From Camelus ferus (Eukaryota): a stretch of 64,000 bases of DNA. Shown piece by piece: positions 1 through 12,062 of this stretch (position 1 is its first letter; every line of letters begins with the position of its first letter). The notes beneath the pieces are model-generated. The model searched no databases. It was not told the origin of the DNA and was given only the letters and a program-made list of their open reading frames with translations. Made by a program: the position numbers and the translations under genes. Where the stretch lies: NCBI RefSeq assembly GCF_009834535.1, contig NC_045696.1:97714001-97778000 (forward strand). Direction: 5' to 3'.

Positions 1-1750
1 ATTTAGTAATATGTCTTTGAAGTTTCTTCTATGTCTTTCACAGCTTGTTAGATCATTTCTTTTTTTCTTTTTTACTGCACATATAATTTTAAATTTACAT
101 ATATGTACTGTTCATTGGAAAACTGCTAGTACTCTTAACACCTGGGCCTAGAAGTCCCAGAATATTCTTTTCACTGCATTCTGTCCGTTGTAAGTCAGTC
201 ACCCTTAAACTTTTCCTCAGTTGATCTTGATACTTGCTGAAGGTCATCTCCATAGTAGGATTTCAGTAGATTCACCATGTACAAAATTGTATGTCAATGT
301 TTTTCATGTTATTTTAAATAGGGAAAAAAGCATTCTGAGCTCAGCAAAATGGAGACTATTTCGAAGGATACTTAATAGGTATATCAGCCAAATTAATAAC
401 TTCCACAGCAAAAACCAAATGTGCCACTTGCATCCAGTCAGAGTTTTAAAATGTGCCTTCATGCAAGTGTTAGAAACTGGAAAAAAACAAACCCCACCAG
501 GCCAGCCGAGATGCAAGGGGAGGGAAACAGACTTCACTGCTTTTGTGAGGGGCAGCTGTGTGTACTGGGGCGGGAGGAGTTATTTGGAGGCTGTATTTAG
601 AGACTATTCATCACAGACAGTCACTGTGCTTCTTTCATATGTATTATTTTATTTAATCCTTGAAATAACCCTATCAGATAATTTTTTTTCCATTTAGTAG
701 TGACAGACTTGACACTACTTGTCTCTAATTCTTAATGCTCAACCAAAGCCAGGGCTTCTTCCAGACCAAAAGATATCTTGCCCTTTTCAGCAACTTTGAA
801 GGCAGAAAGAATTCCAGAGTTAGTTAGAGAGCTGTAGGTCTGAATCAGACTCTTCCTTTCTGGGAGCAAGTCTTATCTTTCAGTCTAGAGAACATTATCT
901 GTAAGTGAGAATTGGAGGGTCTCATTTAAAGGGTTCTGGCAAGGATTAAAATAAACCAAAATATAACGAAATAAACCCCATAGGATTGGGAAAGAGGGAC
1001 AGTGGTTTTAAAAACTGGGATTAAGGGGTCAAAAATACTTTTATATGCCTTTCACTAGCATTTTTTTAATGAATCATATCCATTGGAAAACATTTTATAA
1101 AAAAGATAAATAAAAATTGAGGGTGGTTTAGAAAGTCTATTTCAGTTCTTTATTGCTGCGTGATAGACCACTCTCAATGTTCATGCCTTAAAACAACAGG
1201 TTATTATTCCTCACAGATGTGTGGATTCGCTGGGTCAAGAAATCCTTCAGGATTTATTGCTGTGATTATCTTCAGAAAATACAACCTGCCACAAAGTCCT
1301 GTGTAGATTCCTTGTAATTAATATCACAAAGCAGTGTTTTTTATGACCCCTCCCTCTGTTGCCTCGCCTTATTTTGGCAGATTCCATCACCTGTTATATC
1401 CTTGATCAGGAAAAACTTCTGAGAATCAAAAGGGGTCTAACGTCCTAATATTACAGTGACGAATCTCTTTCAGGTGCCTACAGACGTTCGTAGACAAGAT
1501 TGGCTGATTGGCTAACTTCTTCAGAAATCTGCCTCTGACTCCCTATGTGTCCTTGGGAAAATGACTTAACCTCCTTGGACTTTAGCTTTTTTTCCTGGAA
1601 AACCGGGGAGGGAGGGTTGGACTAGATGGTCTCTAAAGTGCTTTCCATAGCTAACATTTTTTCATTAGAAAAAAATCTTTGGGCACTGTACAAGGGAAAA
1701 GTATTTCATCATCTAATTTTTGCAGACTCCTCAGAGGTTAAGAGAATATA

Positions 1751-1903
1751 CATTATTTGTATATATATATATATATATATATGTATTTTAAATTGAAGTA
1801 TAGTCAATTTACAACATCATGTCAATTTCTGGTGTACAGCACAATGCTTCAATCATACATGGACATACATATATTCGTTTTCATATTCTTTTTCACCATA
1901 AAG
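1751..1903 (-). mobile_element. Short LINE-1 3'-end insertion with a (TA)n tail
   Basis: ATTGAAGTATAGTCAATTTACAA...TTTCTGGTGTACAGCA is the reversed L1 3' UTR end. TSD GAGAATATA at 1742-1750 and 1904-1912. Confidence 0.8.
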
Positions 1904-2319
1904 GAGAATATAAACTGACAACCATACTCTAACACAAAAACATGTGCATGGTATAAATTACTGTCTTGAGTTGATATACCATCTGAACAGCTTTGTAATT
2001 TCTGCTATTTAAATTTGATAGAAAATGGTAAAATAATTATATATTAGGAAGATGATTTGTAATGGTCTATTTCCAATTCTAAAAGCTCCATATTAAAGTT
2101 TGGCTTACATCTAGAGACTATTTTAAAGAATTCCAAAAAATGCTAAATTACAAGCAATTTCACAGAGCAGGAGGGCAAGAGTTATAGTATTATCCCTTTT
2201 GTACTGCAAACCATTTTTTAGATGAAGAAATAAGGATCCAGGGAGAGAGATTGTATTGGGAACATTGAGTTTGGGTATGTCTAGGAGAGAAAAGTCAAAA
2301 TAACGAGGAGCTTAGAAAT

Positions 2320-2680
2320 TACAGTCAATGAGTGGTTGAAGGAATTGGAATGTTAGCTTGGAGAATTTAGGAAACCATACTGTCATCAAAGATTTAAAGG
2401 GGTGTCATCTACTGAGGAAGATATTTTGGGTATCTCCAGCTGAGAGAACTAGGTAGAAGTTACTAAGTTCAATATAAAGACTTCTGGTCAGTGTAAGGCA
2501 TTTTCCAGTAATTATAGTCCATATTTAGGACCAATGCCCTTGACATAGTGAAGTTTCTACAACTAGAAATGTTTAAACAGAAACCAGATACACCTTGGCA
2601 GATATGTGACGGGAGTGATTCATGCACAGTAGAATGGACATAGGACTGGATGACCCTGGGAGGGTTTTTAACTTCAAATT
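2320..2680 (+). mobile_element. L3/CR1-like LINE 3' fragment
   Basis: TGGTTGAAGGAATTGGAATGTTAGCTTGGAGA...CTAGAAATGTTTAAACAGA...GGACTGGATGACCCT is a CR1/L3-type 3' end. Confidence 0.55.
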
Positions 2681-4919
2681 TTTTTTCTTTCAGTGACATT
2701 CAGTGACAGCGGTAAGATGCTAAGCAAGCTACAAATGGGGAAAATAGTTGCCACATCTCTAACAAAGTTTCATGCAAATCTCCCAGAAGAAACACTATGA
2801 TTCCAGTTGCTGAATGTTCAAAGGCCAAGAACAGACAGTGCACAAAAGAGGAAATATAAATAATTCATAGGCTTATGAAAAGATGTTCAACCCCACTGAT
2901 AAAAGAAATGCAAACTTGAATATAAATACAATGCCATTTTTCATTTATTAAATTGGTAATGGTAAGAAAAATAATGCACAATTTTGCTGAAACTGTGGTG
3001 AGTAGTCCGTCTCAAACATGGTCGGTGAAAATATAAATTTGTTTAGGCTGTCCAAAAAGCAGTTTCACACTGTGTATCCAAAGTTCTAAATATGTTTAAA
3101 CCACTCTATATGGACATTTAGCCATATTAAAGTATTATTAATATTTGATGCAACTATGGTATTGAAAGTTAAGGTAAAAAACAGAAAGATTTCTTCTTAT
3201 ATTTTAGAAATACATATTGAAATATTAACAGATGAAATAATGCTATTTAGAATTTGCTTCAAAGTTACCCACTGGAGATTGGCTGTGCCTGCATAGGAGT
3301 ATGGATAAAAGGTGATGGATCATACATTGATCTCTGCGGAAGCCAGGAAATGGCTACATAGGTATCCATTTACTATTCTCTTCATTTGTTATGTAGATAA
3401 AATTTTCTATAATAAAGAGTAAAAACAACAGCCAAAAAACTCCCACTTTACATTCTCTGACTTAGATAATTTTCCGCTTAGGACAATATCCCGATGAAGT
3501 AAGCTGATGGGTACACAAAGCCTCATGCACAAAGATCACTTCCGACTGCTCCCTGGCTCGCTGTTCTGCAGTGTCGCCCACCTGTGTTAACCATTCAGCA
3601 GCATCCTGCTGCTGTCAGGATTAAAACCAAAACCTTGAACTCACTTGCAAGGTCTTAGATAGTCTGACCTCTGCTTACTCAACCTGGCAGTGTCGCAAAG
3701 CACTCTGTGTCCCACCACTTTGGCCTTCTCTCAGGAAACACCCTCCTGTGACCACCTCCTTCAGGTCAACTCCTACTCCTACTCGGAAACCCAGGTCAAT
3801 CCTGCTTCTCCAAGGAGGTGTTTCTGCATTTCCCCAGATGGAGTTAGGCTCTCTGTCATCTGCCCTCACAGCCCTGTATACTTCTCTCTTGTAGCCTTTT
3901 TCGCAACTCTAATCAAGCAGCTGAAATTGGATACTTACATATTAGCTGCATAAGGACTGGCCACCGCCACCAGTGACCGCTGCTCTTACTTACAGAATTC
4001 CTAACTATAGCAGGAATTCAGTAAATACAGGTTGAATTAATTGACTAGTAAAGTCATCTAAACCCAATTTAGCCAACTAAACTCTGTAATGGATTGAATT
4101 CTCTTCCATGGTTATATTTCTCTTGGTAAAATAAAATAACCTTCCAAAGGCGACGGTAGGATGAGAGACTTAAAAGGAAGGGTGTCTCCTGCTCTTTTCT
4201 TAGAAGTCTGATGGTAGATTTGTTTCAGAGCTAGGGGATGCCTCCTTTGCCTTAGGAGAAAACATCTCAAATCTTCCCCAAACAAAAATCATCTCCATTC
4301 AATAGCTAGGACAACTTCGCACAGTGAAACTGACCAAGAGGAGAGAGAAAAACTCCAAAAAGCCAATATTTTGTCAGGTAATGAGCGCCTGAGAAAGACA
4401 AGGTGATTAGGAGTAAAAATAAAGGAGAGAACTTTAAATTACACACTGTAACTCTGGCGTTTATTTTATTGGCTCAGGAATACATGATCTAGGGACAGCT
4501 GCATTCTCTTGGCTTCTGGTCTAAGATAATGAGGTCAACAAATTTTAATCAGGGAGAGATGTTCCTCTTAATTAGGTAATGAATGGGACTTTGCCATTTT
4601 CTATATTAAATTACTTTAATTTCCAGAGCAAAAGAGTCTACTTCCTGGCTAGCTCACTTTCATAATCTAGACAATAGAAATAGGACATAATAGACAAACA
4701 TGGTCATCTCTAAATTCTGCTGCAATTCCTGGTGGTTCACATAAACATGTGGGCTCATTTTTGAAGAGCCCAGGCCAGAATGCCCCTCAATCTGGGCTTG
4801 TCTGATTGTTTCTCATAATTAGATTCAGATGAAACATTTTTTTGATGGAAATTCTATATTGATGACGGCAGGAGACACGTGATGTCATTTCATTCTCCAC
4901 CCTCATCCCCCACTCCACT

Positions 4920-4943
4920 CCACACACACACACACACACACAC
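4920..4943. repeat. (CA)n microsatellite
   Basis: About 11 CA units, seen directly. Confidence 0.95.
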
Positions 4944-7307
4944 TTTAAAAAGAGACAACACTCAAGCAATTTGCAAGGCTAAGCCATTGAGAATCCAAAT
5001 GGACAGCTTTTTATTGCTTTATATTCTGACTAGGCCACTCAAAAGTTTTGTTTGTTTCTGAATAAACAAAGATCTGGACTCATCTTGACTTAGCTTTTTC
5101 AATTAAACCCCATAAACTATGGCTAAAGACCCTGGACATGCTCACCATAAAGATTCCAAGGCACTTTTAAAGATCTCTGTGAACAAGGAGTCTATCATTT
5201 GTTTGGAAGAATCACCCAAGTGTTGTACATAAGTGTTAGATAAGGAAAGAAAAACACATGGACAAATGGACATTCTCAACACAGAGTAGCTTTCTTGTTT
5301 AACAGAGTGATGTCTGTCATTAGCTTTATTTATTCATTCATCATATATTTATTTTATTTTGTATTTTAAGAATTATTTAAAATTAATAAAAGCATGATTG
5401 TCATATTAAACAACAGAACAAAGAATATGACTATTTCAGAGTGGAAATATATATGACTAATAAAGTGACCGAAACTACTAACCTTGAAGGCGATGAAAGA
5501 AATGCAAATTAAAATCGACAACCCAACACCCTATTTTCCCTATCAAATTGGCAGTGATGGAAAAAATTGATAACATCACAGCTTGTGAGAGGGTAGCGAC
5601 GTGGGACTGATCTGTTTCTGATGGGAAAGAAATTGACACAATATTTCTAGAAAGTAATCTGAAAATATGTTTCACTAACCCTAAAAATGTCACATCTATA
5701 TGAGGGATTATTAGGTACTAAAATATTATTTTTAAATAATATTTAATGACATGATCAAATGCTATAATACTAAGTGAAAAAGATCACATTACAAAATGAT
5801 GATCAGTTTTATAGCAAAAACGCTACACATAAATACATGGAAACCAGATTAGAAGTAGAAGCTGAAAATGTTAGAGGGATTACCCATAGGATGATGAAGA
5901 GATGCTGCTTGTTTCCTGGAGTCTGGCTTCCTCTCTCTGCCTGGTCCCAGTTTTCTCAGCCCTGGTACATCTGAGACCCCCTGATCCGACCGGTTCTCCC
6001 TCTCCCAGGCTCTTCTCCCTGGGCCTGTAAACAGGAGCCCCAATGGGAAACTTCTCTTTCCAATCCCTCTAGCCATGACTTTTCTGCTCTTGAATCCCAA
6101 CCCCCTTCATTTTTCTTCTTAAGTAATTTTCCTAGTATTGTCAATATATGTTTACTTTTTAAAGCTGAAATAAAAAAAAAATTTTTTTTAAGATACTGAA
6201 TGTGCTTTTTCATTTCTATAGTTCTTCTGCCCCTGTGTGAGGGTACGACCACAGTATATCTTCTCCTGGCGTCCACCCCAGGCTGCAGGAGGCAAACCTG
6301 CTCCCTACAAATTTACCCTTCTCTAGCGGCACCCCGCTCAATTAAAATGATGTTTTCCAAAGTGCATTCTGCAGTCTGAGAGAAAAAAAAAAAAAACCCA
6401 GAAAACAGAAGTGACTTACAATCTTACTACTCAGAGATGAGCACAGGTAACATTTTAGTGAGTATCTTTCCAAATTTATTTTGTTATAGCTGAGTCTCCC
6501 AGGATATGGGCCTTCACTCATTATCTCCATTTCCTCATCTATCTCTTCACTCCTCAGTGTGTGGAGCCTGGCCTTCTCCCCCCACCTTCCTGGGCACGGT
6601 AAAAAAAATTACCCCTTTTGCTAAATTCAATGGCTAATTTCATTTACTGAAGCTCTCTCTGCTGCTTTAAAAACTTGCTCCTTCTGGCAACTCAACTTGC
6701 TTAGTTTAGAAAATGCTTGTCTCTCTTCATTCTCCTTGAACTTCTTGGACCCCTGAGGCCTTCTCACTGACTACCCTGCCCATCTTTCAAAACAGGAACA
6801 CAGCTCCACGTTTGGCCAATACTCCTCTTTCTCTGCAGGCTCTCCTTGAACAATCTAAAGTGTATTTTCATTTCAAATCATTATCTCCAGTCCTGACCTG
6901 TGATTCAACTCAGGTGCTACTGCCTATGGGTACATATCCACTCAGCAGACAGAAGGATGTAGTTGGAAAGAACAAAGGCTTTGGAGTAAGGAGTGCCTGG
7001 GTTTAAGACCCAGGTCTTCTCTTTAGCTGTGTAAAAAATGGAAAATGATTTACTGTCCCTACCACTCAGTTTAGGCATTTACAAAATAAGTATAGTAATA
7101 GTCATCCCCTTATACAGATGTCGTATGGATTAAATCAAATAGTGCATGTAAAGCATCAGGATACAGTAAACGCTCAACAGATTTGGTCACCACTGTGGCA
7201 CTGTTCCAAACTCAACATATTTAAAACTGAAATCAGTGGATTTCATTACCCCAGTCCAATACCCCAAGCCAGAGACCCGGAAATCATCTTCCTACAGTAA
7301 GAATGAC

Positions 7308-7427
7308 TTAAAAACTGAATCCCTTGGCTGTACACCTGAAGCTAACACAATATTATAAATCAACTATAGTTCAGTAATTTCTAAAAAAAAAAAAAAATAC
7401 TAATAATACCAAAAAAAACCACAAAAA
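7308..7427 (+). mobile_element. Very short LINE-1 3'-end insertion
   Basis: GCTGTACACCTGAAGCTAACACAATATTATAAATCAACTATA plus an A-rich tail. TSD AAGAATGAC at 7299-7307 and 7428-7436. Confidence 0.85.
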
Positions 7428-7633
7428 AAGAATGACATATAGATTCCTGGGCCCCACCCCAGACTTATTAAGTCAGAATTTCCGGAAAAGGGGCTGAGAA
7501 TTCTGTGTGATTGTCAGGCTTTCCACATGATTCTTAGCAGAGAAGATTAGGAAACTTCTTTATACTCCTCCCTTTCCTTCCTCAGTCGTCATCTCAGCCA
7601 CCATCTCATACCAATTATTACCTAAGATTAATT

Positions 7634-7717
7634 TTTTAAATGGAGGTGCTGGGGATTGAACCCAAGACCTTATGTATGCTAAGCATGTACTCTACCACTG
7701 AGCTATACCCACCCCAC
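7634..7717 (-). mobile_element. tRNA-derived SINE (vic-1-like), short form
   Basis: Reverse complement reads GGGTATAGCTCAGTGGTAGAG...GGGTTCAATCCCCAGCACCTCCATTTAAAAAA (Pol III A and B boxes). TSD AAGATTAATT at 7624 and 7718. Confidence 0.9.
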
Positions 7718-9087
7718 AAGATTAATTTTTTTTTTTCTTTTCAAGATTAATTCTTGAGTCTGCTCCATCCTCTCCATCCCTACCACTACTGTCCTAATTC
7801 AAGCCTTCAGCTTCTTCAGCCTGGAACTAGTTTAAGGTTATCCTTAACCCTTACAGATGTGCCACTGGATGTGATTGGAAATAGTTATCAAGGATTCTCC
7901 CCCACTCCCACTCTCTCTCACACACACAGCCACCCTCCTCAGGAATAAGCATCACTTTGAACCTCAGGCCCGGGTTGGTACCCCAACCTAGCTATTGCCA
8001 CTCTCCCTTTCTGAGCCTGGCCCCAGCCCCTGAACCCTATGGCTCATCAACTAGGGTCCTAAAAAGTAAGAATGAATATGTTAGTATCAAGCCAACTCCT
8101 GCACTGACTTTCAGGTTGGGTAACTGCCCCTAGATTCTACACAGCTCTCTCGGGGCTGCCTGCCTGTTTGGACAATCTCAGATCCAACCCACATCCCAGG
8201 CTGCCTTCAAGATCAGTCTCTGCAGCCTTGTGACACCCTGCCAGGCCCTCTTCCCCACCAACTAGCAGACTAACCAGCCAACTGCCTCCCCCTCATTGGA
8301 AAAATACTTTGGATAGGCTGTGAGTGAGAAAAATATAGAGACAGATTGACATGCAATAGATTTACTGTTGAGAAAAGAAGAACACTATTTGTACATATAA
8401 AAATATTAAATTAAAACCCATTGCCCTCGAGATACATCAATATTGAAGTGGTTACATATGGGTGATGAAATTTCACAAATTTTATGTATTGGGTATTTAT
8501 TTTGTAGTTAAAAATAACATACGAATAATAAATGAAATGAGGTGATGGATTGAAACGTTGTCTACGTGCTCCCCCCCGCCGATTGTCCTGTCTCCCATCC
8601 CCTGTCCCCGTTTCCAGCTTAGATCTAGGCTTTGTGATCCCTGACTCAAGAATTTGGGAGAAAGATACCCACCTCTGGTAACTGATAACTGAAAAACCCA
8701 AGGGGATAAGATTATGTCATGTCGGTGCTTCTCAAAATTCTGTGTGCAATGATAGACTCATCTAGAGTAAAACACAAATTGCTGGGTTTTAATAGGTGGG
8801 AGGGAAGAATATATATATGTGTATAGCTTTTTCTATATCTGGAAATAACAAAAATCTGTTCACATTGGTACTATCAGGGAATGGCCAGAAATGATGGAGG
8901 CAGGGGTAGAACTCAGGCTTTTCACCGTGTACCCTCTTGTAACCACACATACCGTGTGAATGTATTACTCCAAAAATGTAAAATTTTATAATATATGTAT
9001 ATACATATATAAATAATTAAGCAGCTTAAATCTTTAGTAACACTGACTCTGGCCAATTTTGTCATTAGTTATGTAAGATTTCAGTTT

Positions 9088-9185
9088 GGGGGCGGGGTGG
9101 GGTATAGCTCAGTGGTAGAGCATGTGCCTAGCATGCACAAGGTCCTGGGTTCAATGCTCAGTACCTCCTTTAAATAACTAAATAA
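9088..9185 (+). mobile_element. tRNA-derived SINE (vic-1-like)
   Basis: GGGGTATAGCTCAGTGGTAGAG...GGGTTCAATGCTCAGTACCTCC plus an A-rich tail. TSD AAGATTTCAGTTT (9075-9087) and AAGATTTTAGTTT (9186-9198). Confidence 0.9.
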
Positions 9186-9589
9186 AAGATTTTAGTTTTT
9201 TCTTTCCCAGAAACAAGGTCTGGGACTGTGGCAAACAGCAGATTGTACAAGTAACTACTGAACTCATGTGAAAGGTGGGCAGGGTCATGAGAATGGAAGA
9301 GTTTACAGAATTTTTAGCCATAAATTTAAAACAAGGAACACACACTACAAACTTCTTGCAAGTATTTTGAGTGTTTGAAACGTGATCACTTACAATCCTC
9401 CACCATGAGAATTGATCTCATGGAACATGGAAAGGGCACAAACTGTTGGAAAACTGTGCGTTTCCCTCATAGAGGGAGGGTATTGTCATGGAAACAGATT
9501 CCTAGCTGTTAGCATCCTCCTGGATGACTAGATTCACCGTGAATATAGAATCATGGAGCAAAACACTGCTTCTGGGTTGCTCCTGTTTT

Positions 9590-10040
9590 TTAATAGCTTT
9601 TTGAGGGATAAGAGATATACAATAAGCTGCATATGTTTAAAGTGTACGATTTGGTAAGTCTTGACATATGTATACACTTATGAAGCCATCACCACAATCA
9701 AGATAACAAACATTTCCATGACTCCCCCCAAAATCTCCTGGTGTTCCTTTGTAGTCCTCCCCTCTCCTCCCTCCCCTCCCCTCCATCTCCCTGCCACAAC
9801 TACTGATCTATTTTCTATTATCGTATTAGTTTGCATTTTCTAGAATTTTATAAAAATGATTTGCACAGTATCTATATTTTTTATCTGGCTTCTTTAACTC
9901 AGCAAAATAATTTTGAGATTTATCCATGTTGTATGTATCAAGTGTTAACTCCCTTTTGTTGCTGAATGATATTCCATTGTGGAGTAAACCACAATGGGTC
10001 TATATATTCATTTTGCTGATGGACGTTGGGTTGTTTCTGA
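9590..10040 (-). mobile_element. Old L1M (L1MB-like) 3' fragment
   Basis: TTTAAAGTGTACGATTTGGTAAG...CACCACAATCAAGATA...GCTGAATGATATTCCATTG is typical of eutherian-ancestral L1 3' ends. Confidence 0.75.
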
Positions 10041-10524
10041 CAAAACATTGATGGTGTTTCATTTCCTTGCAATTAGCTCACGAATCACTCATTCTCCCCA
10101 TTTTACAGATGAAGAAATGGAGACTCAGAGAGGCCAAGAAACTTGTCCAAGGTGCACACACAGTAGTTGGAGCATAGAACTTTAAATTGTTAGAATGTTT
10201 GAGGTAAAAGAGACATTCGGACACCTCTCTCTCACTTTTTTTTAAAAAGACTACTTGGTATTAAGATTTTAATTGTGATCCACAAGAATTAAGTGTTTCT
10301 TTTTATTCACGATAAAGTCAGCTGGTCTCCACAATATCAATCTTTCCCTCCAAAATGTCACTCTTTCCCAGTGCAGTGGCCGTAATTCTGATTTTGTACT
10401 GTGGTCAGAAACAGTTGTGGGTATCATCTTAATCAGTCCTCACAAACCACACTAAGAAGTAGATTTGCAGGTAAGGAAATGAGGATGACCAGAAGTGAAG
10501 TGACTTCTTAAAAAGTGCTATAGA

Positions 10525-10779
10525 GGAAGGTGGGTATAGCACAGTGGTAGAGCACATGCTTAGCACGCACTAGGCCCTGGGTTCAATCCCCAGTACCACC
10601 ATTAAAAAAAAGGGGGTAGGGTAATAGCTCAAGAGGTAGGGTGCAGGCTTAGCATGCACTAGGTCCTGGGTTCAATCCTCAGTACCTTCTCTAAAAATAA
10701 GTAAAACCTAATTATTTCCCCCTACTCCCAACCAAAATAAAATAATCCTTTAAATAAATAATATATCCTTAAAAAATAA

Positions 10780-10814
<35 letters not shown>

Positions 10815-10870
10815 ATATCCTTTAAAAAAAGAATTTGCATTAAAAAAAAAAAAGAAGTAATAAAAACAAA
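10525..10870 (+). mobile_element. Two head-to-tail tRNA-derived SINE monomers with a long compound A-rich tail
   Basis: Monomer 1 is ~10525-10611 and ends in A8. Monomer 2 starts at 10612. Both have A and B boxes. The tail contains (TAAA)n. Confidence 0.88.
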
Positions 10871-12062
10871 ATGGGCCCAAGTTTCTGTGAACTGAGTAAG
10901 CTGAGAAGACTTTATGGTGGAAGAGAAATTGGAGTTGATCCTTGAAGAAAGGGTAGTGTTTAGACAGAATGAAAGTCATCAGGAATAGGGCTTCCAGATG
11001 GGGAAAAAGAGACAGGCCATGAGTGTGTGACAGCGAGGAGACCAGATGACAAGAGTGCAAGTTCATGAATAAGAGTTAGGAGAACACAAAGATGAAGAAG
11101 TTGGTTGGGCCATATCATGGAAAGCTTGGGGAAAGAGTATTTCAGAGGTTGCATCCAAAAGGAATCGGAATAATTTGGTAGAAGTGACATGATGAAGGAT
11201 GTACTTGATTTTTTTTTCCTTTTCAAAGAGAATGTATATGTGATTTATCTAACTTTCTTGGGCATTTAGCTTTAACTAAAATTTTTTTCCTTGACAGGAA
11301 TCATAACCCATCCATCTGAGAGTTTCTACTTTCTGAGAGGCAGAAACTGTGAGAAATGGAAAGTGCTAAGAACTTGAACTCTGCTGTTCAGGGTGGAGCA
11401 GGACATACCATTCCACTCTGTGAAGACGACTTGCTGACTTTCTGTAGCTGAGAAAACACTGGCGTCCTATGTGATTGGTTGAGCAAGACCTTTGAGTAAA
11501 TCAAACAGTTTCTGAGGAAATTCTGTTTCCCTTACTTTCCTTAATTGCTTTCAAACTCCACTCAGAAACTCTTAGTGAGGATTAGCAATAATCCCACGAT
11601 TACTTTTTTTTTTAGCCTTTCTTTCAAAACACTTTCTTGCCAGTGTCCTCAAAGCAGGGTTTTTGTGGGATTCTTGCCTGTTTGTCATTGGTGAGATTTC
11701 CCCCACTTGCCTTACTTTCCACAGAAGACCTGACCCAGGAAGGGCAGACCTGTCCACCACCGGCTCTTTAATTAACGAGGGACCCAGGGGCATGTGACCA
11801 CATCTACTGTAGATTGGCAGCCCAGCCTTGAGAGAAAAAGTTCAGTCAGAATTTCTCAGGCTCCTCTTGTGATAGAGCCATATACCAAGGGAAGCTTTCG
11901 GAGTGGGGTGTTTTAAATACAGAAGCCCTGAGAGCAGGTGGGAGCTGAACATTTGTGCTCCTGAAGCCTGACGTCCATGGTGGGGCTGCCAGATGGCTTG
12001 GGCGTCCAGAAATTTCAGTCCCTGTACTTAGATTTATTCCTGCAAGGAGGCACTGCTTTAAC

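Noticed and set aside
221..697. Longest ORF in the track (158 aa)
   Set aside because: It has a non-ATG start, no recognisable domain and no convincing splice structure. It is best explained as a chance ORF.
6280..6340. CTCF-like motifs (also near 19070 and 43830)
   Set aside because: These are only partial matches to the core and cannot be told from chance without a matrix scan or ChIP data.
9100..9170. tRNA-Ala-like gene (also at 7640, 10530, 10620, 13550, 26975, 28515, 56830)
   Set aside because: Each has A and B boxes but mismatched stems and an A-rich tail, and most have TSDs. These are SINE heads, not functional tRNA genes.
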